Source of the DNA: Bacilli bacterium | Lineage (GTDB): Bacteria; Bacillota_I; Bacilli_A; ML615J-28; CAG-698 | Assembly: GCA_050953065.1 (NCBI GenBank) | Contig: JBMNLZ010000001.1 | Location: 256,001 to 320,000, forward strand | Reading direction: 5' to 3' | Length of the DNA stretch: 64,000 nucleotides | In this document: piece after piece, positions 20,045 to 29,401 of the stretch | How positions within the stretch are numbered: position 1 is the first letter of the stretch | How the letters are laid out: each line of letters starts with the position of its first letter | The notes under the pieces: generated by a model | The model's database searches: none | The model's input: the letters and a program-made list of their open reading frames with translations, nothing else | What the model was told of the DNA's origin: nothing | Translations under genes and position numbers: made by a program

Positions 20045-20919
20045 ACAGAAACTTCTCCTTTAATAGCTGGATGATATTCATAATCCACTAATTCAAAATC
20101 ATCATATTTAAAATCATCTATTGATTTTACTTTTCTTTTAATATTCATCTTAGGTAATTTTTTTGGTTCTCTTGTTAATTGTAATTTAACTTGATCAAGA
20201 TGATTTAAATAAATATGTGCATCACCAATTGTATGAACAAATTCACCTAATTTCAAATCACATAACTGAGCAACCATCATAGTTAACAAAGAATATGATG
20301 CAATATTAAACGGAATACCTAAAAAAGCATCAGCACTTCTTTGATATAATTGGCAAGACAATTTCCCACCACTTACATAAAACTGAAATAATAAATGACA
20401 TGGAGGTATAGCCATTTCTTCAATATCAGCAGCTTGCCAACTACTAACAACTAATCTTCTTGAATCAGGATTTCTTTTAATTTCATTAATAACCCAAGCA
20501 AGTTGATCAATTTTTTTACCTTCTCCTGCAAAATTTCGCCATTGTCTTCCATAAACTGGACCTAAATCAGCATGTTTAACAGCAAATGTTGCATCATCTT
20601 TAACCTTTTGAACAAATTCTTCCATAGTTTCATCATTATAATCTTTACTGTTTTTAAATTTTTCATAAGGCCATTCATTCCAAATTCTTACATCATTTTG
20701 CACTAAATATCTAATATTAGTATCACCACTAATAAACCATAACAACTCATGTATAATTGCTTTTAAATACATTTTTTTAGTTGTCAATAAAGGAAAACCT
20801 TCATTCAAATCAAATCTCATTTGATATCCAAACGTTGATATAGTACCTGTCTTAGTTCTGTCTTCTTTTTTATAACCGTTGTCTAAAATGTGTCTTAAAA
20901 AATCTAAATATTGTTTCAT
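20041..20919 (-). CDS. thyA: Thymidylate synthase
   Basis: [30 protein letters not shown]. Confidence 0.98.
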   Translation of the reverse strand: MKQYLDFLRHILDNGYKKEDRTKTGTISTFGYQMRFDLNEGFPLLTTKKMYLKAIIHELLWFISGDTNIRYLVQNDVRIWNEWPYEKFKNSKDYNDETMEEFVQKVKDDATFAVKHADLGPVYGRQWRNFAGEGKKIDQLAWVINEIKRNPDSRRLVVSSWQAADIEEMAIPPCHLLFQFYVSGGKLSCQLYQRSADAFLGIPFNIASYSLLTMMVAQLCDLKLGEFVHTIGDAHIYLNHLDQVKLQLTREPKKLPKMNIKRKVKSIDDFKYDDFELVDYEYHPAIKGEVSV

Positions 20920-20974
20920 AATTACTCCTTTGCTACTTGTTGATTATAACACAAATATTCTGTTCTTAAAAGAA

Positions 20975-21490
20975 TTATTTCAGTAAAAAATCTTTCCCTT
21001 TCATTGATTCTGGTTCAAAATTACTTAAACCAGGATAGTCTTGTTGTCTTAAAGCCTCGTAAATAGCTATTGCAGCTACATTAGATATATTTAAACTTCG
21101 CACATTATCTGTCATCGGTAATCTAACACAGCGTTCTAAATAACGTCGTAATATTTCTTTAGGGATTCCTGTTGACTCTTTTCCGATAAAAAAATAATAG
21201 TTTATTTGAGTATCCTTTAATTTTAATGAATGGAAATTATTCAAACCATATCTAGTAAAAAAGTAAAATTCTCCCTGATTTTTAGATAAGAAATCTTCAA
21301 AATCTTCATACACATGATAAATTAACTTATCTATATAGTTAACACCAGATCTTTTTAATTTACTTTGATTTAAAGAAAACCCCAAAGGTTTGATTAAATG
21401 CAAAATCGAATTCGTAGCCACACATGTTCTCATTATATTTCCAGTGTTTTGAGGTATTTCAGGTTCATATAAAACTACATTAATTGACAT
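20975..21490 (-). CDS. trmL: tRNA (cytidine/uridine-34-2'-O)-methyltransferase
   Basis: PEIPQNTGNIMRTC, GKESTG, RSLNISN. Confidence 0.95.
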   Translation of the reverse strand: MSINVVLYEPEIPQNTGNIMRTCVATNSILHLIKPLGFSLNQSKLKRSGVNYIDKLIYHVYEDFEDFLSKNQGEFYFFTRYGLNNFHSLKLKDTQINYYFFIGKESTGIPKEILRRYLERCVRLPMTDNVRSLNISNVAAIAIYEALRQQDYPGLSNFEPESMKGKDFLLK

Positions 21491-22382
21491 TTATTTTCCT
21501 CTTTAAGTATTCTATTGTATTATTAAACCATTCTTCATTTCTCGTGTTTTTTTCTAAAGCTATTTCTAAATGATTTTTATTAAGTAAACCTTTTTTAAAA
21601 GACAAAAAAAGCAAATTTCTAATTATTTTTAAATAACCAATCCATTGAAATGATTTTTCTTGATATTTAGAAACAAATTCTTGCTCATTAAGACTTAATA
21701 TTTCATCTAAAGTAATAACAGAATCTTCTAAAAATGATAATTCTTTTGTTCCTTTTACTACATTATTATTAAACGGGCAAACATCTTGGCAAATATCACA
21801 GCCATAATATGTATTCATTTTTTCCAGCAAATCAAACCTATTTGTTCTAGATTGATTTAAATATGAAAGGCACTTACTTCTATCATATCCATTTTCTAAT
21901 GCTCCTGTAGGACAAGCTTTCACGCATTTATCACACTTAATACATGTCTGAAAATCATAATGATCATATTTATTAAACTCATAATCAGTAAGTACTTCTC
22001 CAATTACAACATAAGTTCCATTTTTTGAAATAAGTAGATTATTTAATCCCATTATCCCTAACCCTGCTATAACAGCAAGTTTTTTTTCATCTAAAAATGA
22101 TTGGTCAACTAATATCTCCGTTCTACCAATATCGCCAATTTCAAAAAGAAATTCTGCTATCTTATTTTTTACAATCTTATGATAATCTTTCCCATAAGCA
22201 AGTTTTGCGGGCAAAAAGTCATTTTGACGACTTTTACTATCATATGAAAAAATAAAAACTATAATACTATTAACCCAATTATACTTTTCTTCCTCACAAT
22301 TTTTATTTTTAAAATAATCAGTGCTGAACTTTATAATACCAAACTCATATTTATTTTTTAGTTTATTAATTTTATTAATCAT
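21480..22382 (-). CDS. queG: Epoxyqueuosine reductase QueG
   Basis: GKDYH, CIKCDKCVKACPTGAL, CLSY, YGCDICQDVCPFN. Confidence 0.85.
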   Translation of the reverse strand: MINKINKLKNKYEFGIIKFSTDYFKNKNCEEEKYNWVNSIIVFIFSYDSKSRQNDFLPAKLAYGKDYHKIVKNKIAEFLFEIGDIGRTEILVDQSFLDEKKLAVIAGLGIMGLNNLLISKNGTYVVIGEVLTDYEFNKYDHYDFQTCIKCDKCVKACPTGALENGYDRSKCLSYLNQSRTNRFDLLEKMNTYYGCDICQDVCPFNNNVVKGTKELSFLEDSVITLDEILSLNEQEFVSKYQEKSFQWIGYLKIIRNLLFLSFKKGLLNKNHLEIALEKNTRNEEWFNNTIEYLKRKINVN

Positions 22383-22383
22383 A

Positions 22384-23193
22384 TTATTCTTTTAAATTTT
22401 GTTCAATAATTTTATCAAAGTTAATTTGACTTTCAGTTTTTAATGAAAGGAATTGTTTATATTTATATTTAATATTCAACCACTTTGTTTTTTGAAGAAA
22501 ATCTTTTTTTGTTAAAGTAGTTGAAACAATAACCTTACCTCTTCTTTTATTACTAGTTGGAGTAATAGTTATAATTTCAAATAATGCTTCAGCTGTATCT
22601 AATAAAATAGCATTGGGAAAATATTCCAAGAATTCAGTCTTTAATGCAAACAAAAATGGTGCACTTGGTATAATTAAATCTATTTCTTTTTTTTGAACCA
22701 AATGCATTATTTTCTCTACCTCTTTAAAAGTTTTAGAAGTTTTTACATTGCCATTATTTAAAGTAGATTCAATCTCATCACTTGCTAAACTTGTAAGTTG
22801 TGAATGTTTTAAAAACTTTTGATATAGATTAGCTTCGATGATAGATTTCCTTGCTAATAATAACATTGATTTATAAGAATATTTAGCATTAACATATTGA
22901 ATGATATGAGGTGCTAAAAAAACTAGTTCTTCTCTTTCTTTAAAATCTTCATAACAAAGTTCAAAAATAGTATCGCTAACTATAAAAATCATTTTAGGGT
23001 CAAAAGTATTTAAAAACTGGATTTTTTCATTTACAAAATTTAATATTTCTTCTTTCTTATAACTATCATAAGGGTAATATTCTAAGTCATTAGTATAAAC
23101 AAAACTTTCATTTGGAAAGTTTTTTGTTAAAGTTTCTAGAATAAATACTCCTTCAAGCCCCATATCTAAAATACCAATTGGTTTTTTTAACAT
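22384..23193 (-). CDS. Glutamate racemase-like protein lacking catalytic cysteines
   Basis: KPIGILDMGLEG, 'FPNESFVYTND..YYPY' align with the MurI N-terminus; CNTA is replaced by SDTI and GCTH by SAPF. Confidence 0.7.
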   Translation of the reverse strand: MLKKPIGILDMGLEGVFILETLTKNFPNESFVYTNDLEYYPYDSYKKEEILNFVNEKIQFLNTFDPKMIFIVSDTIFELCYEDFKEREELVFLAPHIIQYVNAKYSYKSMLLLARKSIIEANLYQKFLKHSQLTSLASDEIESTLNNGNVKTSKTFKEVEKIMHLVQKKEIDLIIPSAPFLFALKTEFLEYFPNAILLDTAEALFEIITITPTSNKRRGKVIVSTTLTKKDFLQKTKWLNIKYKYKQFLSLKTESQINFDKIIEQNLKE

Positions 23194-23202
23194 TTTTTTC
23201 TC

Positions 23203-24675
23203 CTAACTAAGATATTTAATATTTATCGTTTTTTCATTTTCAGAATAATCAATCTCTAAAGACTCTAGCAAATCTTTAATCGGAAGATAATACGTATCTT
23301 CAATTTTAATCATTTCTTCAAATCTATAAGCAACTTTTTTATAGTTTTTTGAAAGTAAAATTAAATCTTTTGTAACAACTGGCATAATATCAAGACCATC
23401 TAAAGCTGTAAACAATGAAATATAAGTCTTGCCTTCTTTTTCAAAAATGGCTCTTGGCATCGTTAAAATTCTATCGTTAATGCTTGCTTCTAAACTGTTT
23501 TTATTAATTACAAAAGTTCTTTTACACCCGTGTTTCCAATACTTTTCAATTCCTTTTTCCATAAGTTTTACAAAAATATCTACAATTCCATAAGGATTAT
23601 GTTTATATAATCCACCATTTGTAAAGAAACACATACCTATTTTTTGTTCGGGATTATAAAAGAAAAAACTTACTAAACCATAAGCACTTCCTGTGTGTCC
23701 TCTAAGCAATTCTTTTTCATACATAGAAAAAATTTTAATTTGAAGTCCTTTTGCTTTATAATCATCAAATTCAGTATTTATCCAATGAAATTGTTGCATC
23801 AAATCAATTGTTTTTTTATTTAAGATTCTAACACCTTTATATACTCCACCGTTCATAAATAACTGCATTATTTTAGCTAAATCATTTAGATTAATCATTA
23901 AACCACCAGCTGGCCCCCTATAGTTTTCTCCTAAAGGAAATAAATTATATTTCCAATTAAGTAAACCCTTAATACTTAATGTAGAAACTATTTTTTCTTT
24001 TGATTTAGACATGCGATATAAAGTCGCAAAATTATCTTTATCCTTTATATCTTGGATTCTAAAACCTCCATCAATATTTAATTTTAATAAAAAATTTTCT
24101 ACTACATAGTCACAAAAGTATGTTTGAGTAATTTTTTCAACAACGCATGCAAGTAGTCCGCAACCAAAATTTGAATATATAAACCTTTCACCAGGTCTAA
24201 CATCAGAATATGTTGAATCAATCCAATAAGGTCCATCATTTTTAATTAATAAATCTTTTAAAGTTGCAGGTTGATTAGTCCCATTAACTCCATTATAGCC
24301 CCTTTTAATATGATCATTTTTTGGGTCTTCATCATCAAAACCATCAGTAATACTTGAAGTTTGAGTCATCAAATGCTTAATAGTGATTTTATCATTTGGA
24401 AATTTTGGATTTCTAATTTTAAATCCAAAAATATCTGAAATATCATCATCAATAGATATTAAGCCTTTTTCAACTAGTTGCATCACACAAATTGCAACTA
24501 TTATTTTTGAAATTGATGCAATTCTAGCTTTTGTATACTTATTTATTTTTTCTTTAGTTTCAATGTCTCTTACTCCAAATGATAAGTCTTCTAAAATCTT
24601 TTTATCATTAAGGACAAGCATTTGAGCACCAATCAAACTACTCTCAACACAAATTTTTTTAAATTCTTTTTTCAT
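23203..24675 (-). CDS. Beta-lactamase-family serine hydrolase with C-terminal copper-amine-oxidase-N-like (stalk) domain
   Basis: SxxK (ASISK), YSN, GHTG motifs; C-terminal 'EGKTYISL' and 'DTYYLPIKDLLESL'. Confidence 0.85.
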   Translation of the reverse strand: MKKEFKKICVESSLIGAQMLVLNDKKILEDLSFGVRDIETKEKINKYTKARIASISKIIVAICVMQLVEKGLISIDDDISDIFGFKIRNPKFPNDKITIKHLMTQTSSITDGFDDEDPKNDHIKRGYNGVNGTNQPATLKDLLIKNDGPYWIDSTYSDVRPGERFIYSNFGCGLLACVVEKITQTYFCDYVVENFLLKLNIDGGFRIQDIKDKDNFATLYRMSKSKEKIVSTLSIKGLLNWKYNLFPLGENYRGPAGGLMINLNDLAKIMQLFMNGGVYKGVRILNKKTIDLMQQFHWINTEFDDYKAKGLQIKIFSMYEKELLRGHTGSAYGLVSFFFYNPEQKIGMCFFTNGGLYKHNPYGIVDIFVKLMEKGIEKYWKHGCKRTFVINKNSLEASINDRILTMPRAIFEKEGKTYISLFTALDGLDIMPVVTKDLILLSKNYKKVAYRFEEMIKIEDTYYLPIKDLLESLEIDYSENEKTINIKYLS

Positions 24676-24787
24676 GTATAACTCCACATTGTTTACATTA
24701 TACCATAATATTATCTAAAAAACTATTTTTTAATTCCATTTTTTAACTAAAAATGTTATACTATTTTTATGTAAAGGATAAGAAAAT

Positions 24788-25627
24788 ATGAGAAAAATTG
24801 ATAAATCTTTATTAATCTCTGAAATTAAAAAACTAATATTTGAATGCGCTTTTAATATCAATCCTAAAATTATTGCTTCTCTTGAAAAATCCAAAGAAGA
24901 AGAAATTTCTCCTCTAGGTAAAAGTACATTATCAAAAATCATAGAAAACGATATCTTAGCAAGAAAAAAAACTATTCCAATCTGTCAAGATACAGGTGTA
25001 ACGGTTGTATTTTTAGAAATTGGAATGGGCATCTGTTTTGATTATGATTTAACTGAAACAATTAACCAAGCCGTAAAAGAAGCTTACGAAGAATTTTATC
25101 TAAGGAAATCTATCGTTAAACATCCTTTAGATAGAATTAACACCCTTACTAATACTCCTTGTATAATTCATACAAAAATAGTTAACTCAAAAAATTTGAA
25201 AATAACTCTTACTATTAAAGGTGCTGGTAGCGAAAATATGAGCAAGTTAAAAATGCTTAGCCCTGCTGATGGAGATATCGGAGTTGTAAACTTTGTTTTA
25301 GAAACAATTGAAGCCAGTGGTGGTAATGCATGCCCCCCAATGATTGTAGGTGTAGGATTAGGTGGTAATTTTGAACAAGCCGCACTACTTTCTAAAGAAG
25401 CCTTACTAAGAGATATTGATGATGAATCATCAAACCCAATTGATAATAATTTAGAAAAGAAAATATTTGAAAAAGCAAACAAATTAGGTATTGGCCCAAT
25501 GGGACTAGGTGGTAAAAGTACAGTATTAGCAGTAAAGATAAACTCTTTCCCATGTCATATCGCCTCACTACCAGTAGCTGTAAATATCCAATGTCATGCT
25601 TCTAGAACAAAATCAATTATACTATAA
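24788..25627 (+). CDS. Class I fumarate hydratase/tartrate dehydratase alpha subunit
   Basis: PICQDTG, KGAGSEN, NACPP, GIGPMGLGG, CHIASLPVAVNIQCHA. Confidence 0.93.
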   Translation: MRKIDKSLLISEIKKLIFECAFNINPKIIASLEKSKEEEISPLGKSTLSKIIENDILARKKTIPICQDTGVTVVFLEIGMGICFDYDLTETINQAVKEAYEEFYLRKSIVKHPLDRINTLTNTPCIIHTKIVNSKNLKITLTIKGAGSENMSKLKMLSPADGDIGVVNFVLETIEASGGNACPPMIVGVGLGGNFEQAALLSKEALLRDIDDESSNPIDNNLEKKIFEKANKLGIGPMGLGGKSTVLAVKINSFPCHIASLPVAVNIQCHASRTKSIIL

Positions 25628-25636
25628 GGTGATAAA

Positions 25637-26188
25637 ATGAAAATAACATCTCCTCTAAAAGATTCAAAGTATTTAGATTTAAAGATAGGCGATGAAGTGC
25701 TTATCAGCGGAATTATTTATACTGCTCGTGATGCTGCACACAAAAGATTACTCGATGATATTAATAAAAATAAATCTCTTCCCTTTTCATTAAAAGACAA
25801 TATTATCTATTATACTGGTCCAACACCAACTCCGCCTAACAGACCAATTGGTTCTGCAGGTCCTACTTCTAGTTATCGTATGGATTCTTATTCTATAAAA
25901 CTAATGGAACTTGGGCAAAAAATAATGATCGGAAAAGGTCAAAGATCCAAAGAATTTAAAAAAGCATTACAAGAACATAACGCCGTTTACTTAACAACAA
26001 TTGGTGGAGCAGGAGCTTTAATTTCTAATTGTATTAAATCAAGTAAAATTATTGCTTATGATGATTTACAATCAGAAGCAATTTATGAATTACATGTAGA
26101 AAACCTTCCAGCAATAGTTGTTTATGATTCAAACGGTAATGATTTAATTGAACAAGAAATAAAAAAATATAAAAACCTTCTTAAATGA
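25637..26188 (+). CDS. Class I fumarate hydratase beta subunit
   Basis: TARDAAHKR, GPTSSYRMD, MIGKG. Confidence 0.93.
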   Translation: MKITSPLKDSKYLDLKIGDEVLISGIIYTARDAAHKRLLDDINKNKSLPFSLKDNIIYYTGPTPTPPNRPIGSAGPTSSYRMDSYSIKLMELGQKIMIGKGQRSKEFKKALQEHNAVYLTTIGGAGALISNCIKSSKIIAYDDLQSEAIYELHVENLPAIVVYDSNGNDLIEQEIKKYKNLLK

Positions 26189-26192
26189 AGGT

Positions 26193-26954
26193 TTATTTTT
26201 TTGTTTTAAAAATATATTCTCTTTCAAACCAAGATATTTTATCCGTAATATTACTATTTTTTTTATTAGATTCAATAATTATTTTACCAAAGTTATTTGT
26301 TTCTAACATTCTTTTTCTAATTAACGTATTCTTAACCTCATCAGCCATTACCTTACTACTAGAATATACTTTAGCCTTTGGAAAAATTTCTTGTACAAAG
26401 TCTTTTAATAATTCAAAATGTGTACACCCTAATATAACAGCTTTAATATCTTCCTTTTGAAATTTACTTAGTTTATCAAAAACTAATGTTTTTGCTTCTT
26501 GAGTGCTATATAAGTTTTCTTCAACTATTTTAACAAATTCTGGAACACCTATTGAAAAAACATTGTAATCTTTTAAATAATTTTGATACGACTTAGAATT
26601 AACAGTTACATTAGTAGCAACTAATAAAACATTACTGTTTTTTGGAAGCTCATAAACTTGTTTTGCAGTCGTTTCAATCACCCCAATTATTGGAATATCT
26701 AACTTTATATGATCACTATTTGCAGTTGCTGTATTACATGCAATCACAATCATTTTTGAATTTTTTTCATATAAATAATTACAATTTTTACTAACAATTT
26801 CTCTTACTTCTTCTTTTGTTTTTTCTCCATATGGCGAATTCTGTTCATCAGCAACATATAAAAACTCCTCGTTTGGTAGAGCTTTTACCAATTCATTTAA
26901 CACTACTATCCCACCAACTCCAGAATCAAAGACACCAATTACTTTTTTGTTCAT
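26193..26954 (-). CDS. murI: Glutamate racemase
   Basis: GVFDSGVGG, PYGEK, IACNTAT, LGCTHF; start at MNKKVIG (26954) after AAAGGTG. Confidence 0.95.
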   Translation of the reverse strand: MNKKVIGVFDSGVGGIVVLNELVKALPNEEFLYVADEQNSPYGEKTKEEVREIVSKNCNYLYEKNSKMIVIACNTATANSDHIKLDIPIIGVIETTAKQVYELPKNSNVLLVATNVTVNSKSYQNYLKDYNVFSIGVPEFVKIVEENLYSTQEAKTLVFDKLSKFQKEDIKAVILGCTHFELLKDFVQEIFPKAKVYSSSKVMADEVKNTLIRKRMLETNNFGKIIIESNKKNSNITDKISWFEREYIFKTKK

Positions 26955-27048
26955 AAAACACCTTTTTCTTTTATAAATTATAACACTTGTCTCTATTAAG
27001 TGCAACTTAAAAATATATTGTTTTTCCCTTTTTTTCGTTACAGTTTGT

Positions 27049-27077
27049 TTGACATATATTTTCATTTATATTATAAT
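27049..27077 (+). promoter_or_regulatory. Consensus SigA promoter
   Basis: TTGACA-17 nt-TATAAT. Confidence 0.85.
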
Positions 27078-27090
27078 TAATGTATAAGGG

Positions 27091-28638
27091 GTGGCTAAAA
27101 TGGTGATACGAAGTTTCTTTAGAATATTAATAGCAATTTTAGCATTGATGGCTATTGCTGTCTTAGTTTTTATGCCTATAATGACATCATCTACAGATTT
27201 AAATACTATACTTATTGATGATAATTTGTCTTTAATGAACCTTTTTAATTCACTAAAAGAGGTTTTTGCTAATGATAGCCAAAACTTTTTAAGTACTGTT
27301 TGGAACTATAGTTTAGTAATTATGTATATCTTAATACCTCCTTTTATACTTTTTACAATCTTCATAAGCGCTTTAAAAGGAGTTAGAAGAAAAAGAAAAA
27401 GAGCAAAAGTTATTGGAAAATCTTTCGTCTTACTTTATTGGATAATGATTGTCTACATCCTAAGAATGACAATTGATCCAAGAACTTTTAATGTAAACTT
27501 TGGGCCACTAATTTATTTCATGACAATCTTTTTGAAAAGTGACATTGACCAAACTGTAATAATCTTACTTCTTGGTTCAATGGGCTTATTTATATTCTTT
27601 GAACTTTTTGCAAGAGCTTTAAATAGCAGAATAGCATACGCTGCTAGTATGAAAAGTATTGAAAAGAAAAAAGCTGAAAAAACAGTTAACTTAACACCAA
27701 ATAGTGATTTAGCATTTTCTGGCAATCTTAACCCCTCTTTCAACCAGCAAAATATTGATACTTTAATCAACCCTAGTAATACTATTATATATAATAATCA
27801 TCTAAAAGATGAAGACTCTCAAAGTATAGATGAGCCTTTAGCAAAACAAAATACTGTACCTCTACAAAATAGAGTTATATATCAACAAGAATCACCTAAA
27901 TGGTCTGAATTACCATCATTTAACCAACAAAAAGATACTCAATCTGATACATATCCTAGTGATTCTACAAAAGATGAAAAATATAGTGGATATTCTAATC
28001 AAAAAGAAAGCGGGCAACAACCATCTTCTTATGAACAATCTGGTCAAGCTGCAAGTTATAAAGAACCTTATGCAAAACAACCTAGTTATGATCAACAATC
28101 TCAAACTAATTATAATCAACCAAGAGATATAAACAGTAATTACGGAGCTTATAATTCGCCATCAGGTAATTATAATCAACCATATAATAGGCCTAATCAG
28201 CAATATTACGGACAACAATCTAATAACCCTTATTATAATCAACCATATAATAGGCCTAATCAGCAATATTACGGACAACAATCTAATAACCCTTATTATA
28301 ATCAACCATATAATAGGCCTAATCAACAATATTACGGGCAAAATCCATACTATTATCAAAATCAAAATTATCCAAAAACTCCATATGAACAAGCACAAGC
28401 TCAAGCTGCTAGCAACTATAACAATCCAGCACCATCTGAGCCAGGAATGGATGTAAAGCCAAATCCTACAGTACAAACAAATACAGTAAACTGCCCTGAT
28501 TGTGGCACTATTGTTATAAAGGGTCAAAAATTCTGTAGCAACTGCGGAAAATCAATGAAACAAACTTGTCCACAATGTTCAACTGAAGTTACATCTAATA
28601 GCAAGTTTTGTAGCAATTGTGGTTTTAGGTTAAATTAA
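27091..28638 (+). CDS. Membrane protein with Q/Y/N/P-rich disordered linker and C-terminal double zinc ribbon (start possibly 27100)
   Basis: 4 TMs; low-complexity region; CPDCG..CSNCG..CPQCS..CSNCG. Confidence 0.8.
   Translation: MAKMVIRSFFRILIAILALMAIAVLVFMPIMTSSTDLNTILIDDNLSLMNLFNSLKEVFANDSQNFLSTVWNYSLVIMYILIPPFILFTIFISALKGVRRKRKRAKVIGKSFVLLYWIMIVYILRMTIDPRTFNVNFGPLIYFMTIFLKSDIDQTVIILLLGSMGLFIFFELFARALNSRIAYAASMKSIEKKKAEKTVNLTPNSDLAFSGNLNPSFNQQNIDTLINPSNTIIYNNHLKDEDSQSIDEPLAKQNTVPLQNRVIYQQESPKWSELPSFNQQKDTQSDTYPSDSTKDEKYSGYSNQKESGQQPSSYEQSGQAASYKEPYAKQPSYDQQSQTNYNQPRDINSNYGAYNSPSGNYNQPYNRPNQQYYGQQSNNPYYNQPYNRPNQQYYGQQSNNPYYNQPYNRPNQQYYGQNPYYYQNQNYPKTPYEQAQAQAASNYNNPAPSEPGMDVKPNPTVQTNTVNCPDCGTIVIKGQKFCSNCGKSMKQTCPQCSTEVTSNSKFCSNCGFRLN
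28171..28341 (+). repeat. 63-bp tandem repeat, about 2.7 copies, encoding YNQPYNRPNQQYYGQQSNNPY
   Basis: tataatcaaccatataataggcctaatca... starts at 28171, 28234 and 28297. Confidence 0.95.
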
Positions 28639-28651
28639 TATTTTAAACAAA

Positions 28652-28685
28652 AATAAAAAACATTTCAAATGAAATGTTTTTTTAT
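28652..28685. terminator. Bidirectional terminator
   Basis: ataaaaaacatttc-aaat-gaaatgttttttat between convergent genes. Confidence 0.8.
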
Positions 28686-29135
28686 TTATTTTTTTAACCT
28701 TTTTAAGAAGAACAATAAAACCCTTCTACAAAAGAAAAGTCTTCTCCATAATTTCTCTTTAAATTTATATTTTTTATTAGAATCTACAATAATAGTTTCG
28801 TCCTTTTTAATAATTTCTGTAACATAGCCTAAAATTTCTTCTTCAAAAACTTTTTCTTTTACTAATAAAGCATCACCACTAACCACATAATGATGCTTTT
28901 TCTTTTTCATTATCCTATGAATTATAAAATTATTCTTTTTATATAAAATAATATCTCCAGCTTTGAGAAAGTTATTTTTCTTTTCAATAACAATTTGATC
29001 TTTTCCATCTAACAAAAACGGAAACATGCTACTTCCTGATACAGTTATTATAATCTTATTATTGTTATTTAATGCTTCAATCATAATTTCTGAAATATCA
29101 GTAATTTTAACTTTCTTTATATTATTATCTTTCAT
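28686..29135 (-). CDS. S24/S26 family peptidase
   Basis: VSGSSMFPFL, GDIILYK, IIHRI, SGDA (Ser/His type). Confidence 0.88.
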   Translation of the reverse strand: MKDNNIKKVKITDISEIMIEALNNNNKIIITVSGSSMFPFLLDGKDQIVIEKKNNFLKAGDIILYKKNNFIIHRIMKKKKHHYVVSGDALLVKEKVFEEEILGYVTEIIKKDETIIVDSNKKYKFKEKLWRRLFFCRRVLLFFLKRLKK

Positions 29136-29137
29136 AA

Positions 29138-29401
29138 TTATTCTAGAAAATTATTTTCCTTTAAAATTTTTATAAATTCTTTAACATCATTTGCTGCTTC
29201 TTCTTTAGAAATTTCATACTCATCACATAATATTTTTACTAAATCTTCCTCGCTTTTTTCTTCGTTTAATGATTCCCAAAGAATTTTTGCAGACTCATTT
29301 AAAGAAATCATGCCATTAAAGTTAACAGCAGCATCTTTAATTGGTATTACAACATACTCACCTACAACTTCTCTTAAAACAAAATCTTTTTTTATTTTCA
29401 T
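29138..29401 (-). CDS. PqqD family RiPP recognition element
   Basis: FVLREVVGEYVVIP..LNESAKILWESL..LCDEYEIS.EEA..DVKEFI. Confidence 0.93.
   Translation of the reverse strand: MKIKKDFVLREVVGEYVVIPIKDAAVNFNGMISLNESAKILWESLNEEKSEEDLVKILCDEYEISKEEAANDVKEFIKILKENNFLE

Noticed and set aside
26955-27065. N-terminal extension of MurI in the ORF track
   Set aside because: It overlaps the divergent consensus promoter; the SD and homology support a start at 26954
28171-28341. Regularly spaced repeats resembling a CRISPR array
   Set aside because: Contiguous in-frame 63-bp tandem units without unique spacers, inside a CDS; no cas genes
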